Origin: Psammoneis japonica
Taxonomy: Eukaryota
DNA length: 64,000 nt
NCBI GenBank assembly: GCA_008632985.1
Contig: QPGO01000009.1
Span: forward strand, 496,001 to 560,000
Reading direction: 5' to 3'
Positions 40,145-51,800 of the stretch are shown here, in pieces. Under the pieces are notes generated by a model. That model saw nothing but the letters and a program-made list of their open reading frames with translations, did no database searches and had not been told where the DNA came from. The number at the start of each line of letters is the position of its first letter. Positions within the stretch are counted from its first letter, which is position 1. The position numbers and the translations under genes were made by a program.

Positions 40145-41487
40145 GAGGGTGGATAATAGCAATAGCGAGGTGTAACAGATCGTTGTTGTTGTTGTTGTTT
40201 GTGAAAGTAAGTTCGTTCTACGATCTGGAAAAGACGGTTTGTGTGTGTGATCCAGATCGGCTAAATAAATTGATGAGTTTAGCGTGGTACGAGGTACGAA
40301 CACCGTTAAAATTTGTAGTAGGGCTACATTACACGCATCAACGACAACATCATTTTTTCTTGGTCCTCTCGCTCGGGTCCTCTGTCACGGTTTACTATCT
40401 CGTGGTATGGAATGCGGGGTACTCTGAACTCGGATATTGCCCGTTATCTACACCTTGACGCCACTTCAGGGCTTTGGAATGCATTCATCTTTGCAAGATC
40501 GCACTGTCTTCAAATCAAGAATTGCAGCGGCGAGAATCTTGGCTTTTGGCGAACCACAAAGTTGGTCTTTTTTCCAACCACGCAGAAACCTACAAGCTGC
40601 GAGCGGCGCACCTCATCTCCCATCCCATGCTTCCAGTTCAACCGCTCAAAACCAAAGCATTATGGAATCCGTCCGAGTGGAAGGAGTCGAAGAGGGCGCA
40701 CCAAAGAGCGCAACGCTATCACTTCAGCCAATGGCTGAAGTCGAGGGTGCGGTGGATACAATCGAAGTCGAAGTTATTGACGTGGGTGTACGATGGGGAG
40801 GCTTTGTTATTGATACATTTTTTATTTGCAACCTGTACGCAGAAACAAGAACGCCAGCTCAAAGGAGTCAAACTAGAAACTTCCATCTCCTTCGAACCGA
40901 AACTGCCGCGAGTAAGAGTGCTCTCTCTAGGTTATATTAAGATTTCTAGCGGTTCTTCTTCTCCTTCTTCTGGCTGTGACTCTTCTTATTGCACTTGCTG
41001 CATTCGCTCGGCTGCCACTAGACCATGTTTTCTTGAAAGAAGACCTGTCCCGTCGATACACTCCGATGGTATAAAGAAGCATGGACATGCCGATTAAAAC
41101 GTACTGTACTTAGCCCGCAACCGCAATGAAGTAGAATTGCTGGGGTGTATGAAATATGAGCCCAAGATAGCCCGACCCCATAGTGAAAAAAGAAATTGAG
41201 TGACCGTTAGTTGGGTGCCGATAATTAGACTGCGCACTCCATCTGGAACCAGTTCTTAGTACAGCTAGGTGACAGTAATGTCAAACACCCACGAGCCATT
41301 TCGACGACTCGTGGCGGTGCTAGCCACAACAAGTAGACACTGGTAGGATTGTCCTAATCCTGCTTATCGTCTTGCGGTATCAAAAAGGAACCAGAGGCGT
41401 GCTGCGCTGAGGCGGTTGGTTGTATCCAACCATCTTCCGATGGGAGCTCCGAAGACCAGTAGTATCGACAACCCACAAAAGGGGGCT

Positions 41488-42260
41488 ACATTCTCTCCAT
41501 GGAAACGGAACGACACCATCGAACTCAACGGACTCGATTGCCCACGATCGTCAGTACCAAATGTCTTGATAGTGCCGCCATCCCTCGTGATGGCGTCACA
41601 ACAGCTTTTCGGACGGGCGATAGAGACACGCGTTCTCCGTTGAATGAATCGATGCAAAAGGACCTCTCGAGTCGGTCTTGCAAATGACCTTGGCAATACT
41701 GTCATTTATTTCATCGTGCAGAGTGGATGCGCTAAAAGGCTCCACCGTTTGGATCCTTGTAGTCACCACAGGAGTATGCCGCTCAGATAGATTTGTCGAA
41801 GGTGTCATTGGTCTTGCTTAGCTGCGCCTCTGGTTCACTGGTCAATTGGTTCAAGCCCACAATCCAATCTCGCTCAATTGTCACCACAAATGCTTGATGG
41901 AGCAAGATGGCGAGGGATCCAAAGATGTGAACAACCACCAGTAGTAGCATGGACAACCCGCAAAAAACCGGTCTGTCGGTGGAAGAAATCGAACGCTACA
42001 TTCCATCGACGGAAACGGAACGACGCCATAGAATTCAACGGACTCAATTGCTCACGATCGCCAATACCAAATGTCTTGAAAAAGGATTTTCGGACTGGCA
42101 ATAGTGGACACGCGTTCCCATTGAATCAATGCAAAGGACCGGTCTCGAGTCGGTCTTGGCCTTAGCAATACCCTCATCTATTTCATTGCGCAGAGTGGGT
42201 GGACGACGCTAAAAGGCTCCACCGTTTGGATCCCGTTAGGCAACACAGGAATATGCCACT
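41488..42260. repeat. Diverged ~300-bp direct repeat pair (~41488-41780 and ~41998-42260)
   Basis: ggaaacggaacgac.ccat.gaa.tcaacggactc.attgc and cgctaaaaggctccaccgtttggatcc are present twice. Confidence 0.85.
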
Positions 42261-42347
42261 CTGTCTACTTCTGGACAGTTGATGATCTCACGCTCCTCGC
42301 GGATAAGCTAATTCACGTAAATCTCCAACTCTCCCAAAAAGTCATTC

Positions 42348-43567
42348 TCATGTGACAATCCCCGTAAAGTCCTTGACAAGGTCGTCACAAAATGCCCAGA
42401 CATTCTTTTGTAAAGCTTGGTCGAGTGCAAATGGATTCACAACTTCAGTCGCCTGTGGAAGGAAGAATCTTCCTCGAATATTCTTTTTTACCAGTTCCTC
42501 CGTGTCAACACCAACGTAAAGCATGGTGAGGGCTCCTTCTGCACTGGTCCACATTATTCTTTCTCGCGCGTAGTTGAATAGCTTCATGGCAATTGCGGGA
42601 ATGCCGGGAATCTTGTCCCAAACATTAGTATTCACACAACCCGGGTGTGCCGCATTGACATAAATATTTGAGCTTGGTCCAAGTCGACGTGTCAGTTCCT
42701 TGGTAAGCAAAATTTGGGCTAGCTTGCTTTGGCCATAAACTTTCCAGGAATGCCTTCTGTACTCAACTGAATTCAATGTTTCGATATCGGTTGCAACCTT
42801 GTAGTTAAATGTGTCAAAGCTTGCTGCCGACGACGTGAGAACGACCCTTGCTATTTTTGATTTGAAAAGCAAAGGCTCTAGCAGCTTGTATAACAAATGA
42901 TGACCAACGACGTTTGTGGCAAACACCAATTTAATGCCATCCTCAGACAGCCTCGTCGATCCGTCCTCGTTGGCACTAATGATCCCAATTCCGGCGTTCA
43001 GAAAAAGCATGTCCAAAGCTTCATCATTATTTTTTGAGAGATAGTCCTGGGCAAAAGCCTTGACTGACTCGAGAGACGACGTATCAAGTACCATGGTAAC
43101 GGTTTTGCTGTGGGTGCTTTCGATTTGATGTTCTCAGCTGCAGCCTTGCATCGGTCGGCATTCCGACACGCCAGTGTGACGTTGGCACCACGCTTGGCCA
43201 GTTGTAATGCTGTTTCATATCCCACTCCGCTATTAGCTCCCGTCACTATTGCGTTTTGACCCGTCAAATCAATCGTGTTGAGTTGTTGCGGAGTAAATCC
43301 CCATTCTTCACTGGCAAACGCGGGAAACAAGCCAGTCAGCGGTGGGTTTTTCTTGACAAGCCATTTGTAAAGTCCTGAACCCGCTGGAAGAGGGAAAGAC
43401 AACAATAAAAAGAGAATCTCGAAAAGACGGACTCCGTACACTCGAAATGAAACGCTTCTCTTCACCGTTAACGTCTTCATTGCTCTCTTCGGCGGCATTT
43501 TGTTGCGCTCCAGTACGTGCATCACAAAAAAAATGAAACGCCATCGCCGCGTCCACCGAAAGGACAC
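42348..43567 (-). CDS. Short-chain dehydrogenase/reductase (retinol dehydrogenase/WWOX-like), one apparent frameshift
   Basis: AIVTGANSGVG, LACRN, FLNAGI, FATNVVGHHLL, YGQSK, HPGCVNT. Frame change near 43097. Start codon uncertain. Confidence 0.88.
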
Positions 43568-43837
43568 GTCATCCCGTAAAGCATAGTATTGATCCTACGT
43601 AGGTACAACTTGGAAGTCATTCGAACATAATTGTGACGTGCGTGGCGGTGGCGGGAAAGGGCAATAGGGGTGTTCAGCGTCGGCGAACGGCGAGGTCTTG
43701 AAAAGTTCTTGCTCAGGCAGGCCATCATCAAAGGGCAACGCAGTGTTCACACTGACAAGTTATTACTGTGGTATCGGAGTAGGTGGTGACTTGTACTATC
43801 GATTATCAAAGATTTGTGTATAGTATAGAAGCCGACC

Positions 43838-45844
43838 ATGACACCGAAAACAGAGCACAGCGAACAAGAAAGCAACTCACCGTCGGTTGGTGCGACGACT
43901 CTAACAACTGCGTCATCAACCTTGTCGAGGCTAGCTCCGCCTCCTCTTGTGAAAGTAGAACTAGAAAACATCACGTATGCACCAATGGTTGCCTCTACTA
44001 CAACAAGAGCAATCAGAAGAAGCAAGGGATCAGCACCACTGAAAAAGCGCAAGGTTGTCTTGGACAATGTCTCGACCAGCATCTCTCCTCACGAGCTGAC
44101 GGCATGGATGGGTCCATCTGGCAGCGGTAAGACTTCCTTGGTGTCAGTAGTCGCAGGACTTGCCGACCAAGACGACTTGATGCAAAACAGCAGAATCCTA
44201 GTCAATGGCATGGAGGGGCGTTTGCCCAAACAGCTTGTCGGTGTTGTTTGGCAGGACGATTTGTTGCTTTCCAACCTGACGGTGGAGGAAATCATTACGT
44301 TTTCCGCTCGTCTCAAATCGTCTCTGACAGACAAGGCTGAAATTGACGCTCTCGTAGAGGACACCATGAGACAATTGGGACTGCTCCATGTACGTCATAG
44401 CTTGATTGGATCTGGTCACAACACGAAGAATCGCGGTGTTTCTGGAGGCGAAAGGAAACGCGTGTCTGTAGCATCCGAACTGGTGTCGCGGCCATCCCTA
44501 TTGTTGCTTGACGAGCCAACATCGGGTTTAGATGCCAGCTCGGCACAATCGCTCATGTTGACTCTGAAACAACTGGCCTTGGCTGGACACTCGGTGGCGG
44601 TGGTGTGTCATCAACCCCGTACTAGCATTTTCGAAATGCTTGACAAGTTGTTGCTCCTGAGCAAGGGCCGTGTTTTGTACAATGGCAAGGCCTGTCATGC
44701 TCGTGCTCATCTAGAGGCGTGTCCCACGGTTGTACCCTTGCCACCTGAAACGGGAATTGCGGATTGGTTTCTAGATGTCATTACAGAAGACGAACAGCAA
44801 CCCAACAACACAAGCTTAAGTGGTGGCGACAACAACAAATCACCAAGTGTCCTGGCCCAACACTGGCAAGATCGTAGCGACAGCGGGACTGTCGGAGACG
44901 TTGATCCTGCTTGTAGTGCCACACGATCTTCCCCAGAGAGACAGCTCTCTACTCTTCAGGAGCTTCACGAAACTATTCCCAAATTTGAAGTATCCTTTTG
45001 GACTCAACTCGTGTTGCTCTCGAAGCGTGCTCTCAAGCAACAGCGTGGAGAAAAGCTGACTCGTGTGGGCGTACTACTCACGGCAACGTATACCTTTTTC
45101 ACGGGTCTCTTTTGGTGGCGCTTGCCGGATGATACGAGTCGGGTGTTTGAACGCAACTCTGTCATGTTCTTCATGCTGATTGCCCAAGCCAACGGTATTG
45201 TCACGTCGAGCATGACCATTTTTCAACAAGAACGCGCCCTGCTATCACGAGAACGTGCCAAGAAACTCTATGGCGTGCTTCCTTACTTTTTGGCAAAGAC
45301 AGCGTCAGACATGACCAACAATGTGTTTCTGCCGACGTGTTATTGTGCCGTCACGTATTGGTTGGTTGGATTGCGACCCTCGGCGGCGGCGTACTTTAGC
45401 TTTTTGTTGACAATGTATCTTACCTTGTCAACGGCGCAATCTATGGGACTGATGTTTAGCATTGCGATTCCCAACATGCAGATTGCACTCATGCTCGCAC
45501 CGCCCATTACCTTGTTTTTCATCATTTTGGCTGGTTTTTACATTCCTCTCGAGAATTTGCACAAGGGGATTCAGTGGGCTAGTTACTTGTCCTTTGCTCG
45601 GTATGGTTATTCGGCCATGATTGTGAATGAGTTTTCGGGTCGAGACGTGCCTTGCGCTGACAGCGACGATCTCTCTGTCTCGATTGGTACAATCGACGAG
45701 TGTCCCGTGCCAGGAGAGGATATCATTGCCAGCATGGGCATTACTGGCGTCTCGACCGAGTTTTGGTTTAACATTGTGATTGTCGCAGCTTTACAAATTG
45801 TGTTTCGAGTAACAGCATACGTGCTTTTAAGAAGATCCAAATAG
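43838..45844 (+). CDS. ABCG (White-family) half transporter
   Basis: Walker A GPSGSGKT, signature SGGERKR, Walker B LLLLDEPTSGLD, and a C-terminal transmembrane domain. Intact 668 aa. Confidence 0.95.
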   Translation: MTPKTEHSEQESNSPSVGATTLTTASSTLSRLAPPPLVKVELENITYAPMVASTTTRAIRRSKGSAPLKKRKVVLDNVSTSISPHELTAWMGPSGSGKTSLVSVVAGLADQDDLMQNSRILVNGMEGRLPKQLVGVVWQDDLLLSNLTVEEIITFSARLKSSLTDKAEIDALVEDTMRQLGLLHVRHSLIGSGHNTKNRGVSGGERKRVSVASELVSRPSLLLLDEPTSGLDASSAQSLMLTLKQLALAGHSVAVVCHQPRTSIFEMLDKLLLLSKGRVLYNGKACHARAHLEACPTVVPLPPETGIADWFLDVITEDEQQPNNTSLSGGDNNKSPSVLAQHWQDRSDSGTVGDVDPACSATRSSPERQLSTLQELHETIPKFEVSFWTQLVLLSKRALKQQRGEKLTRVGVLLTATYTFFTGLFWWRLPDDTSRVFERNSVMFFMLIAQANGIVTSSMTIFQQERALLSRERAKKLYGVLPYFLAKTASDMTNNVFLPTCYCAVTYWLVGLRPSAAAYFSFLLTMYLTLSTAQSMGLMFSIAIPNMQIALMLAPPITLFFIILAGFYIPLENLHKGIQWASYLSFARYGYSAMIVNEFSGRDVPCADSDDLSVSIGTIDECPVPGEDIIASMGITGVSTEFWFNIVIVAALQIVFRVTAYVLLRRSK

Positions 45845-45882
45845 ATTAAAGGCGAAATATGATTCTTTCAACGTTTTGTAAC

Positions 45883-46803
45883 TTATAATGTATTCAAATG
45901 ATCCGCATGAGTCAGCTCCACTAGCCGAGCATCCAAATCGCTTTCATCGTCGGCTACTTCTTCTTTTGGAGTAATGTCAACAATAGTGATTGACGTGTTG
46001 GGGATATACAACATTCCGGGCTTGGCGCCGTCTTTTCCTGCCGGTGTTAGATCGATAGAGGACGGCAGTTGCGATCCCACCAGGTTTCGAATGCAAGCGC
46101 GCATGGCTCCAGAATGTGAGAGACAAAAGACGGGATAGACCCGTGGTTGCTCTTGTCGCTCAGCCACCAATGCTGCAGCAGGTGATGATTCCTTTTCCAA
46201 TTCCGCGGCAGTACCAGCACCACTGGTTGACTCACTCTCTGCCGTCGCTGCAAGTTGTGATCGCGTTTCAGTCTCTTGCGCAAAATGTTGAACGGCATCC
46301 GCTACAACCTCGCGGAGAAACTCTTGCATTCGGTCCCACACATCATCTTCCGTCTCGTATAGAAACGCCTCTGGATCTTGGTTGTTTTCTTTGCGATAAT
46401 TGGTGGCTCGATCATAATCCCATTTCTTGGATAGCCCCTCTCGAACGCCCTTTGCTCGTTCCCTCAAACGCTGGTCCAGAAGCAAAGTTGTGATTCCACG
46501 AGACTCCAGAATTAACCTTGCCGTCATTTCGGCTCGTCCCAAATCAGAAGCATACTGTCTCCAAAACAAAGTAGGCAACACTGGTGATTTGCTCGCTGCT
46601 TTTGCCTGCGCTTCACCCAATTTTGTGAGCGGCGAGTCTAGTTGACCCACTACAATTCCGTCGAGATTTGCCTGTGTCTCGCCGTGTCGCACAAAGTAGA
46701 ATCGGACTATAATGTCATTATTGTTGGTCATGGAAGCAGAGCAGTGGGAACCAAACCAGTACAGCAACAGTATGGCTCTGGAAAAGAGGCGGCTGTGCGT
46801 CAT
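45883..46803 (-). CDS. Histidine phosphatase (phosphoglycerate mutase family)
   Basis: FVRHGETQAN, SDLGRA..TA, DQRLRE, SHSG, PNTSIT. N-terminal signal-like peptide. Confidence 0.92.
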   Translation of the reverse strand: MTHSRLFSRAILLLYWFGSHCSASMTNNNDIIVRFYFVRHGETQANLDGIVVGQLDSPLTKLGEAQAKAASKSPVLPTLFWRQYASDLGRAEMTARLILESRGITTLLLDQRLRERAKGVREGLSKKWDYDRATNYRKENNQDPEAFLYETEDDVWDRMQEFLREVVADAVQHFAQETETRSQLAATAESESTSGAGTAAELEKESSPAAALVAERQEQPRVYPVFCLSHSGAMRACIRNLVGSQLPSSIDLTPAGKDGAKPGMLYIPNTSITIVDITPKEEVADDESDLDARLVELTHADHLNTL

Positions 46804-47133
46804 GGCTGACGCAAAAGATGAATGAGCTACAGTACTGGAGAATGGAGAAGCGTCTGCACTGTGTATTGAGAAATAGGCTCGCGATCTTTTGTAATATTTA
46901 AATTTATTTAGTCATAAGGGAAAGCATTGAATTTTCAAAAAAGTGCATCCGACATGGTACAATGTCATCGTAGCTTCTACTTACGCTAAAGGCTACGGGT
47001 GCGTTTCGTATGCTTTTTCGGGCCAGATGGCCTTTGTGTCATCATGCGCTGGATTCATTCTATTGGCCTGTTGTTGAGGGCTTGCTGCTATTATCATTGC
47101 TGAGTTGTTACTGCTGATACGAACGAGATTGAC

Positions 47134-48444
47134 ATGATACGGGGTCGTTCTTGTGCTTATACTGCTGCGCTGATCTTGATATGCGTTGGATGTTATTCAG
47201 TAAGCAGCTTTGTGACTTTCCACCTTATCAGCACGGCGCGAAGCAAGAGTTGTCTCTCTGTTTCCAACAATGGGCGAGAAGAAACACTCTATGATATTTT
47301 GGGAGCTTCTCCCAATGACTCGCAACGCTGCTAAAGACTCGCTATACAGAACTGGCTAAGCTTACGCATCCAGACGCCAGTAACGGAGGAGATTCGGATC
47401 GATTCAGAAAGATTGCAGCAGCCTGGAGCGTGCTCGGAGACCCAAAGGAACGTTTGAGATACGACCGTAATCGTAAGGCCAAGGAATTTACCAGCAACAT
47501 GGAGAGCTTGCTCGATGTAGGTTCAAAAACGCTGTTCCCTTTATAAAGAAAACAGCAGATACAACCATTGCAGCCGTGGAGACTTCTAGCCGAACCGTAA
47601 AGGGCGTTTCCACTCAGCTCGGTCGAGCAAAAGATCGATTCGATTTGGATCAGAAATGTCGCGATTTGGAACAACAGTAAGAACTATGGCCTGTATCTGC
47701 ATAGTCCTATGACTATCTGGATGATTTGGTCCATCTTACCGTTTTTTTTCTCTCTCTCTTTCTCGTCAGAGCGTCGAGTCAGTTTGCACTCGCCAAAAAG
47801 TTCAAGTCACAGAGCGAAAACATTAACGATAAACGCCACAAGACACTTAGCAGCCCCGATTCCGTAATTACAGCGGTAGAGGCCCGTCGGCTCTTGGATG
47901 GCTTTGTATCAACAGAGAGAAAGATCTCGGTCAAATCGAAACCACAGGGCCCGGCAAACAAGGACATTCGATATCTTGACAAGGTGGAATCCGATTTCAC
48001 ACCAAGCAGGCCAAGTTGCAAGACGCGGAACGCCAGGTGGCCAAGGCACAGAAAAATGAAGAGGCAGCCCAAAAGGCACAAGCAGCAGCACAAGAACGGT
48101 TACGACAAGCCGAAAAGGAACTGGCTCAAGCAACCAAGGCGACGGAATCCTGCCAAACCACACATCAAAAGGCGGTTTCACTCCAAGAAAAATTCAGTCT
48201 AGAAGTAGACAAGGCGAATGGCGTCCTGGAAAAGCAACAAGAAAAGGTCCGGGCCGGCCTGATCAAGAAGGAGAGCGAGACTCTCCAAAGCGAAGCGGAG
48301 CATTTGAAAAAGAAGAGTGAAGTTGTAGAGCAAAAAGCAAAGGAGTTGGAGAACCAAGCGCAAGAAATGCGGATCCAATCAGAAAAGATGCACGCTGAGC
48401 ATCGGAAATTACAACAGAAAGAAAGAGGAAACGCAACAACTTAG
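47134..48444 (+). CDS. DnaJ-domain protein with C-terminal coiled coil, probably plastid-targeted; several apparent frameshifts and one intron (~47677-47769)
   Basis: TLYDILGA...LAKLTHPDA...FRKIAAAWSVLGDPKERLRYD (HPD motif). Signal peptide followed by SSF. Confidence 0.82.
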
Positions 48445-48899
48445 CAGCTAGCAAGTAATTTTAATACACAAATATACATGGAGAGGAAGCGCCAAGCTAT
48501 ACATTGTTGCCTTGTAGTCCGACACCTCCCTGTGGAGCTACCCTACACCAATAGACTCTCTTTCTTCAACTGCGTAAACAACAATAATGGTACGCGATAC
48601 GCGATGCCCGTCTTTTTCCAGAAGCGGTGGCAACTTATTCAGAAATACCAACTCCCCTTGCTCATGTTTTCCTGAGACTGAGACGCCCTCACTTCTTCTT
48701 CCATACCATTGAGCAAGAACGAGTGGTTGCAGCACTAGCGCTTTTTTCTTGATTCGGTAGAGAGGGCACGGTGTTGTTTTTGAAGAACCGTGAACTCGTG
48801 ACTCGTGAGTTCCTGGTGTCGGCATCGAAAAAAACATGGAACTTCCACGAGCCACTTGCAGGATGTGGGCTGCTTCTGAGAAAATTCAGAAATAATCAT

Positions 48900-51800
48900 C
48901 TCAAGCAATCCCCTGGTGACAGCACAAAGCAAGGGCATCAGGTGGTTTGGCTGCTTGCAGTCTAAGAGAGAGATTCCGGACCGTCATGTTCAATGTTGTG
49001 GCACAGTCTTTGGGTGACAGCAGCATCGCCGTGGGCTGCGTTGGCAAAATGGCAACCAATCGGCTTCCTCGCTCCCCATTTCTAGGTTCATAATCACCAA
49101 GGAGACGACTCTCATCCGATCCCATGAGTGGGTCAAACTTAAATTAAGCAACTTGCTTGTTGGCAAAACCCGGAGCTGGAGGTGCGATCTGGCTGTTGCT
49201 TGACACAAGAAACTGTGCAAAGGAGGAAACGGCACCCGCCAAGCGTCGATCGTGAATGCCAACAATCCCACTACAAACTTTTGGTCTGGTCGGTGATCAT
49301 CATCGAAGGGATTCATTGCCGCACACCACGGACAGGGTTCAAGGAATGCACCAACTTTGGATGGGACAACAGAGTGCGATTGGTCGCACTCAAAAGACTG
49401 CCACCATCGAGTTGCAGCCATGGGAGGAATCCAACCAAGCAATCATTTTCAACACATGCCCTTCAAGAGTGACGGCATTTGTGACACTCTCAAGTGCCGT
49501 GGCCATCCCTGCCCAGTCTCACGTCAATTTCCGTGAGCTGCCCAAAACCTTTGTCCACCGGCGGGCAATCCAATGCAACGACACGGAGCTCATTGTCTTC
49601 TTCAGCAATCGCAAAAAAGTTCCTCAGTGCCAAGCATCAACATTGTCGTTGACATTTTCCCATTCAATCCTGGACATGACAGAGGATGGCGTGCAGTTTG
49701 CAATGACATTGCTCTCCTCTCCACTGACATTTCCCACGCACACCAAGCTGCCCAGAATTGCACAAGTGAGAAAAGTGATCCCTGACAAGCCTTGAAAAAT
49801 GACACGCCACGCATGGGACAAACTGTGGTCAAAGTTGCCACAAAAGTGGGAGGTGGAACAAGTGCTCCAAAGAAAGGGGCACAAAATTGAATGACGTGCT
49901 TGTGCAAAAAGGGAGAAATTGACCAAGCATCCAACTGGGCATTCCAGACAGAGAGAGCACAAAGCATCAAACAAGAAAGAAACTCATGTCAAAGCCATGG
50001 CAGAGAATTCCAAGGAAGCCAAGACCAACAGGACCAAGGACGACATGGCTGGGATGGCAGAACTCATCAAGAGAGGTGTGCCACAAGTGGAGGCTCAAAA
50101 GCAGGCCTTTTTGGTCAATCCATCAATGGACATTGCCCAGTTGCAACTTCTGAGATTGTTGCAACTGTGGAAGAATCCATCTTGGCAAAGGTGAACAAAG
50201 TTGAGGCCAGAGAAATCAAAGAGAATTTTGAGATGCCAGAATCATTGAAAGAGATGCACAGCATGGATGATCAAGAGCAGTCAAAACCACAGGCTGAAGT
50301 TTCAACAGATGCTGTCAGAAATGAGGTGGAAGATTGCTCATTTCTCAATCAAGACAAAGCTTCAGTGTTCAATGCAAGCAAGCAGGAAACAATGACAAAG
50401 CCACCACCCATTTGTGTCATTTCATCTTCCAACATGCACCATGAAGCACCTCATCTTGAAGACTCCAAACCTGTTGCTGTGAAGGTTGTGGGTGGCACAG
50501 TGCCTGACTGTCACCCTCCTTTGATTTGCACACACAAGGTCAGTTGATTGACAGCTCATGCAAAGGAGTGCATTGGGGCACAAGGCATTTTCAGGAGGAG
50601 AGGCAGACAACATTGCAGCAAAAGATTGTCAGTGACATCTTGAACTCATGTTTGTAAATTCACAATGAGCACGGGTTTCATGACCACTTTTTTGGCTTCT
50701 GCTGCACCAGGGCAACATGGCGATGTGCAGCAACGGCATCAATGGCAGCATGGGAGATGTGTTTGCAGCCCACATTGTGAGTCTTGGAGTTGACAAGACT
50801 GGTGCAGACCAGCTGGCAAGCCTTGAAGTTCTGACACTGAATGGCACCTCTTGAGCCAGGTCCTGCTCATGGGATGGTGTGTCGACTCCTCATTTTGTGA
50901 CACTGCTGACAGCAACCTGTTGCAACACATCAACCCAGCACCAAACATTGCCACTGCAGAGCAGCTTGTGATGAGTGCCAGCACATCAAAGAACAATCCA
51001 ACACTGTCATGTGGCAACAACAAGTGCCGCGGTGCACAAAGTGCTCTGACCAAAATTTAAAAAAAAAGCTCAAAGAAGCCAAAGGCTCTGTGAGGGAATG
51101 CTGCCTTGTTGTGTCTCTGTGGTGAGAGATTCAGTGTGCCCATTTTGTCAAGTCTTTTGTTTGAATTTTCAACTCAGATTGTGGCACTTTCTCTGTGCAA
51201 AAAAATTTCCACGCAGCTTCAGCTCCTTTTCTGCTCTTCAGCACAAGAAATGATGTGCAAAGCACACCCAGTTCTTCTTGTGTGCACAGCACTTGGACAG
51301 ATTTTTGAGATGACAATGGGTCAAGTTGAGTCATCTGTCGCTTTTCACCAGCCTTCTCTTTCCAAGTTTTCTTGAAATGAGTTTGCACTCACAAAGGGTG
51401 TTCACTTTTTTTCTTGGTGCCGAGAAGTGTGGGGAGGCCTTGCAGCAGTGCTTTCAATTGGGGGGCCTGTGCAACTCTGTGCATGACTGCTTTCTTTCTC
51501 TCAACCCTGCGCTGTCTTCTCTGTGCTGTGTGTGTGTGTTTTTTTTTGTTGATGTTTCATCACAGGAAGTTCTTTTGCTTTTTCAAGCACATCATCGTTG
51601 GAGCACACGTGTTTTTTCCATGATTGTGTCACAAATGATCAAAACATTGGCCATTTTTGATGCTTTTTAAAAAAGCATTTGTCCAAAAAACAAGGGATTT
51701 TGCACCCCTTGATGTCATGTTTTAATTGTCACAATGTTGTGTGACACATGCACAGCATTCAAAAATCAAATGATCGTTGGGCCATCATCGCGACACTCTT

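Noticed and set aside
40437..41097. Protein-coding gene from overlapping ORFs
   Set aside because: No recognisable motif and ambiguous frame and splicing; possible but unsupported.
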